Source: Octopus vulgaris | Lineage: Eukaryota | Length of the DNA: 64,000 nt | Direction: 5' to 3' | NCBI GenBank assembly: GCA_951406725.2 | Contig: OX597814.1 | Span: forward strand, 225,308,001 to 225,372,000 | Shown here: one piece after another, positions 1-13,215 of the stretch | Numbering within the stretch: the first letter of the stretch is position 1 | How the letters are laid out: each line of letters opens with the position of its first letter | Program-made: the position numbers and the translations under genes | Notes under the pieces: model-generated | What the model saw: the letters and a program-made list of their open reading frames with translations, nothing else | Database searches by the model: none | What the model was told of the DNA's origin: nothing

Positions 1-163
1 GTGTCCCCTATATCTAATTTTAAAATTAGTTGTACTCCCTATATAAATTTTATATAGGAGCGTTAAACTAATAAACCTGTTTGCTGTTTACACACCCGTC
101 TTCGTCTTTTGTTCGTTTCTTTTGTAAATTCCAAATATATATGTATGTATGTGTGTGTATGCA

Positions 164-266
<103 letters not shown>

Positions 267-340
267 GGATTTCGTAGACAGGAACTGAAACAAACCGATC
301 GTATATATATATATGTATGTATATATGTAAGTGTATGTGT

Positions 341-3070
341 TTTGGTATTGGCAACATGAATGACAATGGTCAGAGACTACTAGAATTTTGCACATACCAT
401 AACCTGTGCATCACTAACACATTATTTGCCAACAAGACATCCCATAAGGAATCTTGGAGACATCCAAGATCTCACCACTGGCATCAGCTGGATCTCATCA
501 TTACACGAAGACCCTTTCTAAATTCTGTTCAACTGACTCGTAGTTACCACAGCGCGAATTGTGACACAGATCATTCACTAATAAGAAGCAGGGTGAGGAT
601 TCTGCCTAAAAAGTCCATCACTTCAAGAAAATGGGCCGATCACGCATTAAAACTGCCAGAACCTCTGACCCTATACTGAGAAAATGTTTTGCTGTTTCTA
701 TCAAAGTTGCCCTCAGTAGCTGCCCAACCACCCCTGCTGAAAGTAGATGAAATTATATCAGGGAAGCTTTGTATACCACATCAATAGATACTTTCGGCAT
801 GAGAGAAAGGCAAAACCCAGATTTTGTTCAGTGCTGGGCTCTCAGAGCTGGAAACAGATATCGAAACAAAGCGTGCAGCTCTGATGTAACACAAGAGTGA
901 TTCTTCTATTAAGTCACTCGAAGAACTCAGAAAGGCAAGAAATAAAACTCAACTGACTGCCAGACGCTGTGCAAATAGGTATTGGCAGGAAATATGTCAG
1001 AGTATCCAGTCAGCTGCTGACAATGGCGACACCCGTGGGATGTATGCCGGTTTGAAGAAGGCCCTCGGTCCATCCGCAACCAAGTCAGCCCCTCTGAAAT
1101 CAACTACTGAGGATCTCATCAAGGACCAAAGCAAGTAAATAGATAGATGGGTGGAGTACTACCAGGATCTCTACTCACAAGAGACCACTGTAGCTGAGGC
1201 TGCAATCGAGAGTGTCAAGATCTTGCCAGTCATGTGTGAACTTGACAGTCTGCCATCTATAGCAGAGCTCACCAAGGCTATTGACTCCCTAGCAAGTAAC
1301 AAGCTTCCGGGAAAAGACGGCATCCCCTTAGAGATCATCAAAACCGGCAAAAACACCATCCTGCTTCGGCACCTTCATGAGCTTGTGTGTCAGTGCTGGG
1401 AAGAAGGTACAGTCCCTCAGGATATGCGGGATGCTAACATCATTACGCTTTATAAAAACAAAGGTGACCGTGGTGATTGTAACAATTACCGTGGAATATC
1501 TCTTCTAAGCACTGTTGGAAAGGCCTCTGCTCGCATTATCCTGTCCAAGCTGCAACTGCTTGCTTCTCGAATTTATCCAGAATCGTAGTGTGGCTTTAGA
1601 AGAAGCAGATCAACTATTGACATAATGTTCTCCATACGCCAACTTCAGGAGAAGTCCAGAGAGCAGAAAATGCCATTATATATGGCCTTCATTGATCTGA
1701 CAAAGGCCTTTGACTTGGTAAGTAGAAAAGGCCTCTTCATCCTGCTCCAAAACATCGGATGTCCACCAAAGCTGCTGAGGATCATCACATCTTTCCATGA
1801 TGATATGCAAGGCACCATACAGCACAATGGTTCAACATCAGCCGCCTTCCAAATAAAAAATGGGGTAAAGCTAGGTTGTGTCCTTGCTCCTACAGTATTT
1901 GGCATCTTCTCGCTACTGCTGTCACATGCCTTTCAGACATCAGATGATGGAGTGTTTCTGCACAGTAGAAGTGATGGGAAACTGTTCAATCTCTCGCGTT
2001 TGCGTGCCAAGACTAAAATCAGAAGCGTCCTGATCAAGGAGGTGATATTTGCTGATGCTGCTGCTCTGGTATCACACACAGAAGAAGCCCTACAAAGGCT
2101 CATCAACTGTTTTGAGCAAGCATGTGGCAACTTTGGCTTATTTATCAGCCTCAAGAAGACCAACATCATGAGTCAGGCTACATCGACCATCCCAAACATA
2201 CATATTGGAGACCACAGACTACAGGAGGTGGAGAAGTTTACCTATCTTGGCACTACCGTCACCTACAACCTATCCCTTGATACTGAGCTCAATATACGCA
2301 CTGGCAAGGCAGCTGCTGTGATGGCCCAACTCTCCAGACGGGCATTGGACAACAATAAACTGACCAAGACCACAAAAATGAAGATTTACCAGGCATGTGT
2401 ACTTAGCACTCTACTATATGGAAGTGAGACTTGGACGCCATACACACGGCATACGACGCCATACGTTGCCTAAATATCTTTCACCTGCGCTGCCTCCGGA
2501 AAATCCTTCGCATCAAATGGCAGAATCATGTCCCCAACAAAGATGTCCTCAAGCAAGCATGAATACCAAGCATGTTTACACTCCTCACACAAAGACGTAT
2601 GAGATGGCTTCGACATGTTAGCAGTATGGAAGATGGCAGAATCCCCAAGGACATACTCAACGGAGAGCTTGCTAGGGGCACTAGGTCTGTGGGAAGACCG
2701 TTCTTACGATACAAGGATGTTTGCGAAAGGGACATGAATGCCTGCAACATCAATATTACCAACTGGGAAGCAGTTGCCAGCAACCGTGGAGATTGGCGAC
2801 GTACCGTAAAAGAGGGAACACAAAGGAGTGACATAGAGGGAGAGGAGAAATGGAAAGACAAGAAAAGAGGTCAACAAGAAACTGTGACATTACAACTAGA
2901 CAGACAAAGTCTTCGCTACATTTGCGGCACCTGCCAGAGGGAGTGTTTGTGCAGGATAGGACTACACAGCCACAACAGGAGATGTATTAGGACATGAAAT
3001 GTAAAAGCCGGACTAGATTATTTTATGCGCAACTCCATTGTCTCCCGAGACAAAAAGGATGCCAACACCA
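341..3070 (+). mobile_element. RTE-clade non-LTR retrotransposon, 5'-truncated and decayed (APE endonuclease C-half + RT + C2H2 tail)
   Basis: ORF pieces carry RTE motifs: [82 protein letters not shown] and C-terminal CGTC..IGLHSH. Stops and frameshifts lie between pieces. The 3' end is ccattgtctcccgagaca...gatgccaacacca. Confidence 0.93.
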
Positions 3071-3144
3071 ATATATATGGATTTCGTAGACAGGAACTGA
3101 AACAAATCAATCGTATATATATGCATATATGTAAGTGTATGTGT

Positions 3145-3282
3145 GTGTCTTTGTGTCTGTGTTTCGCCCTCATCACTGCTTCACAACTGCTGTTCATTTA
3201 TTTACATCCACAAAACTTGCTGGTTTCACAAGAACAAACTAATAGAATAAGTACTAGGCTTACCAACATAAAAAAGCACTAG
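3145..3282 (+). mobile_element. SINE body fragment, host of the RTE insertion (upstream part at 266-340)
   Basis: Resembles the SINE body at 8120-8325 and 37160-37300 (ggattt.gtagac.g.aactgaa ... gaataagtactaggcttac). Confidence 0.6.
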
Positions 3283-3359
3283 GCTGTGTCTCATATTTTT
3301 GTTTGCCCACTCAGTTGTATCTATCAATTTATCTTTGTGTGTGTGTGTATCTATATCTA

Positions 3360-3480
<121 letters not shown>

Positions 3481-3489
3481 GTCTGTCTG

Positions 3490-4558
3490 TCTATATATAT
3501 ATATATATAACACCCTAATGGGAGCCTTAACTCCCAAATTTTAGTCATTTCTTTTATGATCCAAAACTAGGTCAAAAGTACTGAACGGATCTTTATGAAA
3601 TTTGGAAATTATATTCTAAGCATAAGGGCCATAACCCCCATGACAATTCATATATTTTTGCTGTTGATGAAATTTTAACCATAGATATTAGACACAAATG
3701 AAGTAATATTTATAAAATTTCATCTTCTTACAAAGTTAGAAACACCCCTCCATGGGGACTTAACACACACAATTTTGTCATTTAATCTAAGCAAAAACGA
3801 ATACAGTTGTGCTCTTGGAAGCTGTAGGGTTACCCGAGCATAAAAGATGGGCACTATTTCTAATTCAATGGTACAACAGTGTAACAGTTTGCTTTGACAT
3901 ACATTTACATTGTGATTTCTGCAATGTGGTGCATAAATTGTAAAGTAAATGAGAGGCATCTTTGTCTCCACTGATTCAGTTGCAAAGTGTTGAGTAAAGT
4001 TATTTGATTGCAGACCTCCTTTCAGTCTTTTTATTATCACTCGGTCACACATAGTCCCCAGATGGTAACATTGATTACAAGGCCTTCCCAGATGAGTGAC
4101 TGGTTATTCAAAGACATTTATAGATTTTAAATTCATTCTGTCCAGTTAAGTATCAGTATAGTGGTCATTTGCAAACTCCAGAGGTGACACTTTAATTTCT
4201 CCTAAGCCCTCGCGCTACACAGTTGTTAATGTTGATTTCAGTTGGGTCACGCCCTTTCAATTGATATAGATTCGTAATGCATCTTACGGCTATGCCTGTC
4301 ACCTGGATGGTGAGGAATCCTACATTGAGAGTGGTAACGACTAGGGTAGAGTAACTGACTGCTTATTGTGATCATTCGTCTTTTGGTTTCCATGTGGCAC
4401 GATTACAATTTTTTTAGGGTGTGTAAAGAGAGAAATAATCCTCATCTGCAATTTTGATGAAATTCGAAGCGTAGATATTCCAGTTCATTTAGAAAATATA
4501 ACAGAAAAGTCTAATTCTTCAATTGAATGTAACCGAGCAACGCCGGGTATCTCTGCTA

Positions 4559-4559
<1 letters not shown>
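3490..4559 (+). mobile_element. Non-autonomous Helitron-like element
   Basis: Ends in the hairpin ccgagcaacgccggg followed by CTAG|T (4556-4559). The 5' part has aacggatctttatgaaattt, typical of these elements. The 5' boundary is lost in microsatellite. Confidence 0.65.
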
Positions 4560-4598
<39 letters not shown>

Positions 4599-4775
4599 CT
4601 GGAACAAGTAAAACATAAAATATAAGATCATCGGTATTCGTTAATTATGACATTAAATAATTAAGACACCTTATTCTTCTAAATTTCAATCAATTATGAT
4701 TATCACATCTCTTCCGATAGTGTAATTTGGGTATATTTTGGTAGCGCTGCAACACATTACAAACGAATATATATG

Positions 4776-4807
<32 letters not shown>

Positions 4808-5156
4808 TATATATGTATGTATGTATGTATATATAAGGTGAATATTATTCAGCTGCATCAGTTCTGAAGCCTATAGGCGAATGTGTTGTGTGTTAATTAG
4901 ATTTGCTTGTTATTCTATGATCACCTGACTTCATCTTGAAGCATTCTATGATGGGAGTGAGGAAAGCCATTCCTAACAACGCCATGCAAACAAGATGTCG
5001 AATCTGCTTCGCCAGGGGTTTAGAACAAACATTCTGTCTTTGCGACTCCGGCCTTCCCCATCTCGTCTCTCTGTACACACACATACACACAGAAACATAT
5101 TTATACACACATACATACATATTTATATATGCATATATACATACATACATACACCC

Positions 5157-5255
<99 letters not shown>

Positions 5256-6093
5256 TATATGGGTGTATGTATGTATGTATGTATATATGCATATATATGC
5301 ATACATATATGTAGGTTTCTTCAGAGACAAAGAGAGGGAGGGATAATACACACACATGTACAATACACCTACGCAGAAACGCGCGCGCGCATACACACCC
5401 ACACACACCCACAAGCAATATAGAGAGGAGGTTTCTTTCTAAAGTTTCTCCTGAAATTAAATAGTATTTTACCTATAGATCTGTTCAACCAGCGAGTGGA
5501 CTATCAAGATGTTGGTGTCAACCTTTAAATATGGTTCATGATGGCATCGATAAGTTGGTAAAGTGGCAGACACTGATGGCAATAAGCCAAGGCACTTGGC
5601 CAAGGTAAGAATCGATCGGTCTGTACGGACGGAAGAGTCGGTTAGCGATTCAGCTTGCGACCAGTTAAACGATTGATTGCAAAATAAAGTAAATCTCTCA
5701 TTTCAATGCATGAAAGATGTAAACTTCCTTCTATAAATAATAAGTAAATAATATACAGAAAAGTTTACATGAAACTTAAAGTAGGAAAACCTATTCAACG
5801 GTCAGCCGCCTCGCTGACATGAAAGCGCGTGGTCTTCTTAACCACTCAGGATCATAAGGTCGTAGTTTCTATTCTTGAAGCTGGCAAGCACTTCATTTCA
5901 AGTGGCCTTACTCAGTTTTAATGAGTACTACCCAGTTTTACTCAGTTTTAATAAGTACTAACCAAGTACTAGTGCCTCTCTCTTTCAGTAGGTGTCATAC
6001 CCTAAGTCAAATAATAGAGGGCTGAAAATTGTTAATGACTACTCGCCATGACACCTAACACAATTTTTAAAAGCATGGTGTGTTCTACCAAGC

Positions 6094-7505
6094 TAAGGTT
6101 GCCATCTTGCTGCTTTTCACACTAACGTCTTTTTATTATTTCCACTGCGAAAATCCATCGAGTTACGTGTCCGCGTAATTTTAGTGATTGTTATTATAAT
6201 TTAGTACTAAAGTTAGTGATGTTTGATAAAATCAAATCAGAATGTATTTCGGAGTTTACTATCCAAAATGCATGCAAAAAATGTTATGACAATAAAAATT
6301 ACGTTTTTCTAAAATTAGGTCTTTTTAAAGCAAATCGTCTCAAAAGTTCAAAGAGTTCAGAAAAAACTGGAAGCAGAAACACAAGACCCGAGTAAATTAC
6401 TGAATAATCTTCAGCATATCGTTGATTCACTCAGTTTAATAATTATAAAAGCAGGAAAGAAGCTAAATGGCAATTATTCAGTGCAGGATTATTTAGATCG
6501 GAAGCCAAGTCTTCGCTATCAATGTGAGAAGGAAATCGCAGAGTATAAACATTTACTAAGCAAGGAGAAAATGAGATAAGCGGTTGATGCTTTCAATTTA
6601 TTGAGGAATTTTTGAAGCAAATTTAACTGCGTCTTTCAGATTATTTTCGTCTTTTATAGTCAATGAGTTATTTTCGTGTAAAAATATCTCAAACCAATAA
6701 TACCTGAAATAATAGACTTGGCAAAGCATTTTAGTGAAGTTTCAGAGATTCTGACAAAAACTGATTTTAAAGTACTATCACATGGGGAAACGACTGGGAA
6801 AAATCTATTTGATCATTTGTCAAAGTTAGCTTCTCCCTTTACTGTATGCAACCTCTGATGTGTAGTGAGTATTTAGCCACGTGAAATCAAATGAAGATAA
6901 GCGTCAAGCATAGAAACACAAAAAAACAATTTGGACATCAAATATGGACTTGAACGAAGTGGTAAATGTTGTTATGATTATTAACTACATAGAAAACTTG
7001 TAAAGAAAATTTGATCCGTTGATGCTTGAAAACCATGTGAAGCTGCAAATTCAACATCAAAAGAAACTGATTGGGAAATTTTCAAATATATTACGAAGTA
7101 AAAATAATAACCTTAACACAACAAAATCTCGCATAGAAATCTCACAAGAAAAAAAAAGGAATGCAGCTTCAATAACAGACAGCCAGAGTCAAAATCCATT
7201 GATTCGGTCGCAAATGCAACGACGAAAAAGCTGTCTGGAATAGATAAATAAGTGGAAATTGAACCGGTGACTATCATACTGAGGCTCTATGATTCTCCCT
7301 AGACTCAACCTTAATTTCACTTTATTTCATTTAGAATAGAAATATTTAACATTAATCTTTTGACAATAACACCTATTTATGTGAATTTTTGCTTAGCTAC
7401 TTTTTTCTTGATTTGTACTTTTGACTTTTATATAATGCACATTTTAGTGACTTTTAGCTATCGAAATAATAGTGCTTTTTAAAACTTTGATTTAGCAACC
7501 ACTTA
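6094..7505 (+). mobile_element. Highly decayed DNA transposon, possibly hAT-like
   Basis: Imperfect inverted termini taaggttgcca / tagcaaccactta. A frameshifted remnant near 6830-6910 resembles the hAT C-terminal ERxFS region. Confidence 0.3.
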
Positions 7506-8109
7506 CCAGGCTATATTCTCTCATGATTGGCCGCTAGCTATGTTGCATTGTACATATCTTAGGTAGAGATGAAATAGCCCAATAAGGAAATTTTGCGATA
7601 TTTGGTGAAAAGTGTTAAGTAATGCTAGATTTTTGAACAACCGGTATTTCATTTTCAGTGACCTTTCTTGACAAGTGACCATATATATTTTCTGGGAAAA
7701 TTGACTACAATAAATTATTCTGACAAACTTCGAGCATAATGGACGTTTCCAGGCTGGAATTTTTGTATTCTGAGGTCATTTACAAAGGACAAAAGCTAGA
7801 TGATTTAGAGCTAACGAGAAAGACCTTGAGTGGTCGCTCTATCTACTAGAAATGGACATGACAGTCAACTCAAAATACACTCTACTGTTTTTAGATACGG
7901 ATCTATTAGATAGTATGGTCCTCTGTCTCTATGCATAGGATCAAACTGGATAGTCATGTCTGGGATGTCTTGTTTATGAAGCTAATCGATCAGCACCTTC
8001 CACATAAAAAGCAACAACAATTTTGCTTTCATTTTCTTTTGTTATTCTTTCATTGTTATTCGCATATAGACACATATACACATGCTCGGACACGTGAACA
8101 CACACACAA

Positions 8110-8332
8110 CGTGTGTGTGTATGTGTGTGTTTGTCCCCCACAGCGCTTGACAACCGATTATGGTGTGTTTACGTCCCTGTAACTTAGCAGTTTGGCCAAA
8201 GTGACCGATAGAATAAGTACTAGGCTTACAAAAAGTAAGTTCTGGGATCGATTTGTTCGACAAAAGGCGGTGCTCCAGCATGATCGCAGTCAAATGACTG
8301 AAACAAGTAAAAGGAATAAAAGAATGTATACA
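8110..8332 (+). mobile_element. SINE family A, 3' portion
   Basis: Shared body gtgtttacgtcc.gtaacttagc.gttcggc...gatagaataagtact and tail ggcggtgctccagcatg..cgcagtcaaatgactgaaacaagtaaaag. It recurs at 10928, 36155, 36400, 37075, 47930 and 52790. Confidence 0.85.
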
Positions 8333-8394
8333 TGCAAACTGAAAGGAAGCAAAGACTGAAGATTTCCAGACGATGAGTATATAAGTCCGGAGAG

Positions 8395-9365
8395 CCACCT
8401 TTGCTAGCTACGCAGACGATACGAAAGCCTCGCAGAAATACAAACCCTAGCGATATTGCACGCCTGCAGCAGGAGTTGTACGCAATTTACAGATGGACTG
8501 AGGACAATAATATGCAGCTTAATGCTGCAAAACCCCCAGCCTGTAACCAAAACTGAACGAAAAGCTAAGGTACACTGGCCCTGGGGTGGTGGGGATTACA
8601 ATCCCAGAACCTAAATCGGTGCGTGACCTGGGTATCGACATAAGTGATGATACCTCTTTCCAAGTGCACATCACCAAGATGGCTACAAAGTGCACACATC
8701 CGGCTGGTTGGATTCTGAGAACCAGAGAGAAGGAAATCATGATGGTCCTCTGGAAGACATTCTTCCTCAGCCACGTGGACTACTGCTCCCAACTATGGTC
8801 ACTCCACAGTGTAAAATTAACAGCGGACCTTGAAGCAATCCAGTGAATCTTCACAAAGAAGATCTTCTCATTGCAACAGTTCAGCTACTGGAAAAGGCTG
8901 AAACAGCTAAGACTCTACTCCTTGGATCGAAGCCGGGAGAGGTATGCAGTAATATACATTTGGAAGATCCTAGAAGGGATTGTACCAAATTTTGGCATTG
9001 AAAGCTACACAAATGCCAGAACGGGTCGCCATTGCACAGTGCCAAAGTTCCCAACAATGCCGTCTCGCTTCAGGACCAGTTACTGCAATAGCCTGGGTTT
9101 CAGAGGCCCAGATATTTTTAATATTCTCCCAAAGAGCCTGAGAGACCTACAAAAGGTGTATGTAAGTGGTTTCAAAACAAAGCTGGACCTGTTCCTGTCG
9201 AGAGTCCCAAATGAACCTACCTCGCGGCATGAGGCGCAAATAAGGGCAGTGATATCAAACTCCCTTATTGACCAAATGCCACATATCAGAGGAGGCTTTT
9301 AATAATAACAGCGTAACAAACCGGTGTTGCCTCAGCATTGCTACAACTTTGAGCTGAAACCGATC
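8395..9365 (+). mobile_element. CR1/L2-group LINE 3' fragment (RT C-terminus), decayed
   Basis: SYADDTK at 8406-8426, VRDLGI, SHVDYCSQLWS, YWKRLKQLRLYSL, FNILPKSLR and FKTKLDLFL, with stops between pieces. Confidence 0.88.
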
Positions 9366-9566
9366 GAAAAAAAACAGATCAAGCTTACACAGAATACGCA
9401 ATGACAGAGAAAATTACAAGGATGCAAGTAAGGTGTTATAAGTTCAATAGCTGTTTCTGGGGTCTCGAAAATCCATCATAAATGTTGGTAGATGTGGTTC
9501 ACCAAAATACACATCCAGTAATGGAAGCAAATGAACATTGGATAAATCGAACCTCCTTCATCAGAG

Positions 9567-9607
<41 letters not shown>

Positions 9608-10005
9608 TATATATATATACACACACACTCTCTCTCTCACACACACACATATATTTCTCTTCCCTATGTGCATTTCTGTTAATATGCACATGCACATATT
9701 GAAGTTTGTGTCAGTGTGCATCTTTAAATATTCATGATTAATGCTACATGTAGAAAAATAAAATAAAACTAACTTGTCTATTGCACAGTAGAAAGATTAT
9801 GCATTATGCAGATAATTCAATATATTTTATAAACGACAGGAAATTTCGATTTCGATTGGGTTCAGTAATTCAATCTATGAAGACATTCGTCTCTTTTCTG
9901 TCTGTAAACAGTCTTTAGCTCTTGATAAATAAGTCCTAGTTATGTGGGAATCAAATGGAAATGCTTGTAAGCCATTCAAGAACACACAAAAACCGTTAGT
10001 TTCAC

Positions 10006-10169
10006 GGCGCTACTTAAATACAGAGGTATCTACGGAACGATATAAAGGGGAGGGTTAGTTAGGGTTCGGGTGTCATTACACGTCAACGCAGCGTACATTT
10101 AAACTGTTTTGTACGTAACACTTGTATTTAAGTCGTACCGTTAAGGGACCCCTTTATTTAAGTATTGCC
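10006..10169. mobile_element. 164-bp MITE with 15-bp TIRs and 8-bp TSD (Merlin- or hAT-like)
   Basis: TIRs GGCGCTACTTAAATA / TATTTAAGTATTGCC. TSD agtttcac at 9998-10005 and 10170-10177. The paralogous repeat near 53850 lacks the insert. Confidence 0.8.
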
Positions 10170-10197
10170 AGTTTCACTTCAACATTAAAATTTCATT

Positions 10198-10248
10198 TCT
10201 GTCAAAATAGTTTCGTCGCTTTGAAACCGCGACCTGTTCACTGACAAA
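10198..10248 (-). ncRNA. Hammerhead-ribozyme-like motif, type I, G3-C8 core variant (copy 1)
   Basis: Minus strand reads TTTGTCA GTGAACA G GTCGC ggtttcaaa GCGAC GAAA CTAT TT TGACAGA. Confidence 0.55.
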
Positions 10249-11226
10249 GTATCACAAAAGTGATGCCTTTCATTTGTGTGAATGTGTATATATGTGTGTA
10301 CGCGAGTGCGTATTAGTGTGAGTGTGTGTGTGTGTCACTGTTGAAGTCGCTAGTGCCACTTGTTTGTACATATATTGGCTTAGTGGTACAGAGTGCTTGG
10401 AAACTGTATAAGGTGCAAGTTTCGAGTACTTGTCGGTAACTTTTTTCTCCTCGTCTTCTTATAGTAATTAGCCAACTCTCTAGGTTCTTCTCACAGCTAT
10501 CTCGCGTTCAAAAATTATATGGGTATTTAAAAAAAAATTTCCTTCAATAAATACATTACGTATACATTAATAGAATAAACTGTCAGTTTTCCAAATAGCG
10601 AATTAAAACTTAAAATAGAAAGTAAGAGACTTTGAAAACGAGAGACTTTGCAAATGGAATACTCCACAGTGAATGCAATGAATGTTAAAATTAGTGAAGA
10701 GTTGGACGCATCTTTAAATTTGATAGAAATTGGAGCTAAATATTTCAATAAACTTGGGAAATCGAAATTATAGGAAATTTCTTGGCTGATGAATTTCTAA
10801 AAAATATTTCCAGACGGTCGACCCTTTAATAGTTTCTTTTTCTCTTTAGCATTTTTAGAAATTCTTACATACCTAATTAATAAGCAACTTTCTCCATTAT
10901 AGCATATATATATATATGTTCGGCTAAAGGTGGTGCTCCAGCATGGCCGCAGCCGCAGTCAAATGACTGAAACAAGTAAAAGAATAAAAGAATATTGTTT
11001 ATGCTCGGTTTGGTGAATTACCGTGACTGATCTGTCCCCGTATTTTCTGCTTTACAAGTCGGTGCTGTTTATCGTGTAAACATGTGGTGGGGACATTCAA
11101 ACAACCTTATTATCTTTCCATTTGCTGCATTTTACATGGAATCTTTAATCCTCCAAAGTCGTTTTGGCTGCAAATTTTGGAAGTGTGCCGGAAAAATGCG
11201 GTATTTCATTTTACTTTTCCCATACA

Positions 11227-11651
11227 TCTCTATCTATACATATAAAGCTGAAGTTGTCTGTGTGTGTGTGTGGCAGGTTTGGTAGTCTTCAACTAAGATC
11301 ATCTCCTCTGCGATCCTGCGCAAGTTGACCAAAATTGAGAGTATGGTAGAAGAATACTTGCTCTTCATTCTGTAGAAGAAATAATTCAAATCGGACCATG
11401 TTAACACCAAAAATTATTTACATTAAAAAGGTGCTTTTTTCAATGAAAATCCGTATTTTTTACGATTTTTTTACTGCTGTGTCGCCATATTTCGGTGTAT
11501 TTCAACCAGAAAAATGTCCACCTCAAGAGCTACATAATGTAAATTTTTTACTTTTGAAAAAAGATTGAAACTTTTTTAACGCGACATCAAAGTCTGCCGT
11601 TTTAAGCGCAACTAAAAAACAAACCCGAGCAACGCCGGGCTATACTGCTAG
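11227..11651 (+). mobile_element. Non-autonomous Helitron
   Basis: 5' A|TCTCTATCTATACATATAAAG, 3' hairpin cccgagcaacgccggg, then CTAG|T. Confidence 0.8.
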
Positions 11652-13111
11652 TTTATATATAAATCTGAAAAACACAACTTTGATTTCATATTCGCTTATT
11701 ATCCATGAGCTGCATTGTTCAGATATAGATAATCGAAACGTGCATCTAGATGATTGAATTAAAGCATATGACAATATAGAATAAAAATATTTAACTAGAA
11801 ATGAGCGTTTCTTCTCTGGATTGCATAGAAGTGGATAGAAAAAAGATTCCTTTTGGTTAATACAATACCAGATTTTAATTGGCTTCTAACTTCCTTTCTA
11901 TAATTTGCATTGAATAGTGATTAGTTAACTTTTTCATGAACAGAAAAAAAGGGAAGTATTTTATTAAACAGTAAGAAATGGAATAATACAAAATACGATA
12001 AAAATGGCAGGAAATGTTAAAAGTCATTCAAGATTAGGAATTAGAAGTACGAAGTCGTTTGCTCCCATTTCTGATAATAAACAGCCTTTGACTGTTTATT
12101 ACTAGAACTGGGACATAGCTAAGCGATAGAATAATACTACAATTGCATAATAGATGCTGGTTTCATCCATGGAATTCAAAGCCTCACCTTCTTGGATGAA
12201 ATATCTCGCCACAAAACAAATAAAGACTATCGAGATTTCTTCCTCCTTTTCTACCACCTTTCCCTCCTCTTCCTCCTCTTTCTCTTCCTTTCTCTTTCTC
12301 CTCCTCCTCCTCCTCCTCCTCCTGCTCTCTACCAGCTCCATCATCATGATAATCATTATCATTTTACATCTATTTTCCATGCTGGCACAGATTGTACGAG
12401 TCTCCAACTTCTGAGCTTGTTCCCTTTCGAAATTATTGCATTCCTAGACGGGTCGGAGGGTTAAATCTCACTCATGTGTCTCAACTTTAGCTTTGTTTCT
12501 ATGGCTAAATGTCCTTCTAAACAACAACCACTTTACAGAATATACCGGATTGTTTTATAGTATTTTTCAATATGAAAGTCGACTTAGTGAATCAAACCTA
12601 ATAAATCAAAAAACCTTCAGCTTCAAGGTAAATATTTGATTGTATATTTCTCAGACTAGACGGCCTCGACATTGAGAGTTCGGCTTAGTTTATGAGTTAT
12701 CGACTTTTATTGTTTTTAATAAAATTCTTTAATAGCTTCAATAAAAAGAAATGACAGCCAAATGCCTCAAACCTCAAAATGCTGAACTAAAGTATCTGGC
12801 ACCTTTTCTTATATTCTGAGTGCAAAGTCTACTTGTAAATTCGTTGATTTTCATTCTTTCTATGTTGATAAGATAAATACCAGTCAAAGACTAGCTTCGG
12901 AGTAAGCAATTACGAACTTCCCTCGAGATTCAAAGCTTCTGTCAATGATAAAAAATCAATATCAAAATTTATCAGACGTAGAACAGAGGTAGAATTGGCA
13001 TCGGTTACTATGTAGTCGTAGGTTACCCAACTAGATGCTTTACAATTTAACCTTATCTTTTCATCAACCACCAGTTGATAAGTTAAAGACCATTAATACA
13101 TTACTGCTGGA

Positions 13112-13215
13112 TAAGGTGGCGAGCTGGCAGAAGCGTTAGGACATCGGGCAAAATGCTTAGCGGAATTTCGTCCGCCTTTACGCTCTTTGAGTTCAAATTC
13201 CACGGAATCAATTTT
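13112..13215 (+). mobile_element. SINE family B head fragment (remaining body near 13405-13530)
   Basis: ggcgagctggcagaa...gagttcaaattcc matches the copies at 45413, 35617, 48616 and 62962. Confidence 0.7.

Noticed and set aside
12102-12464. ORFs with poly-R/E/L/P/S runs
   Set aside because: They are driven by (CCT)n and (CAT)n repeats, with no convincing splice pair or recognised domain.
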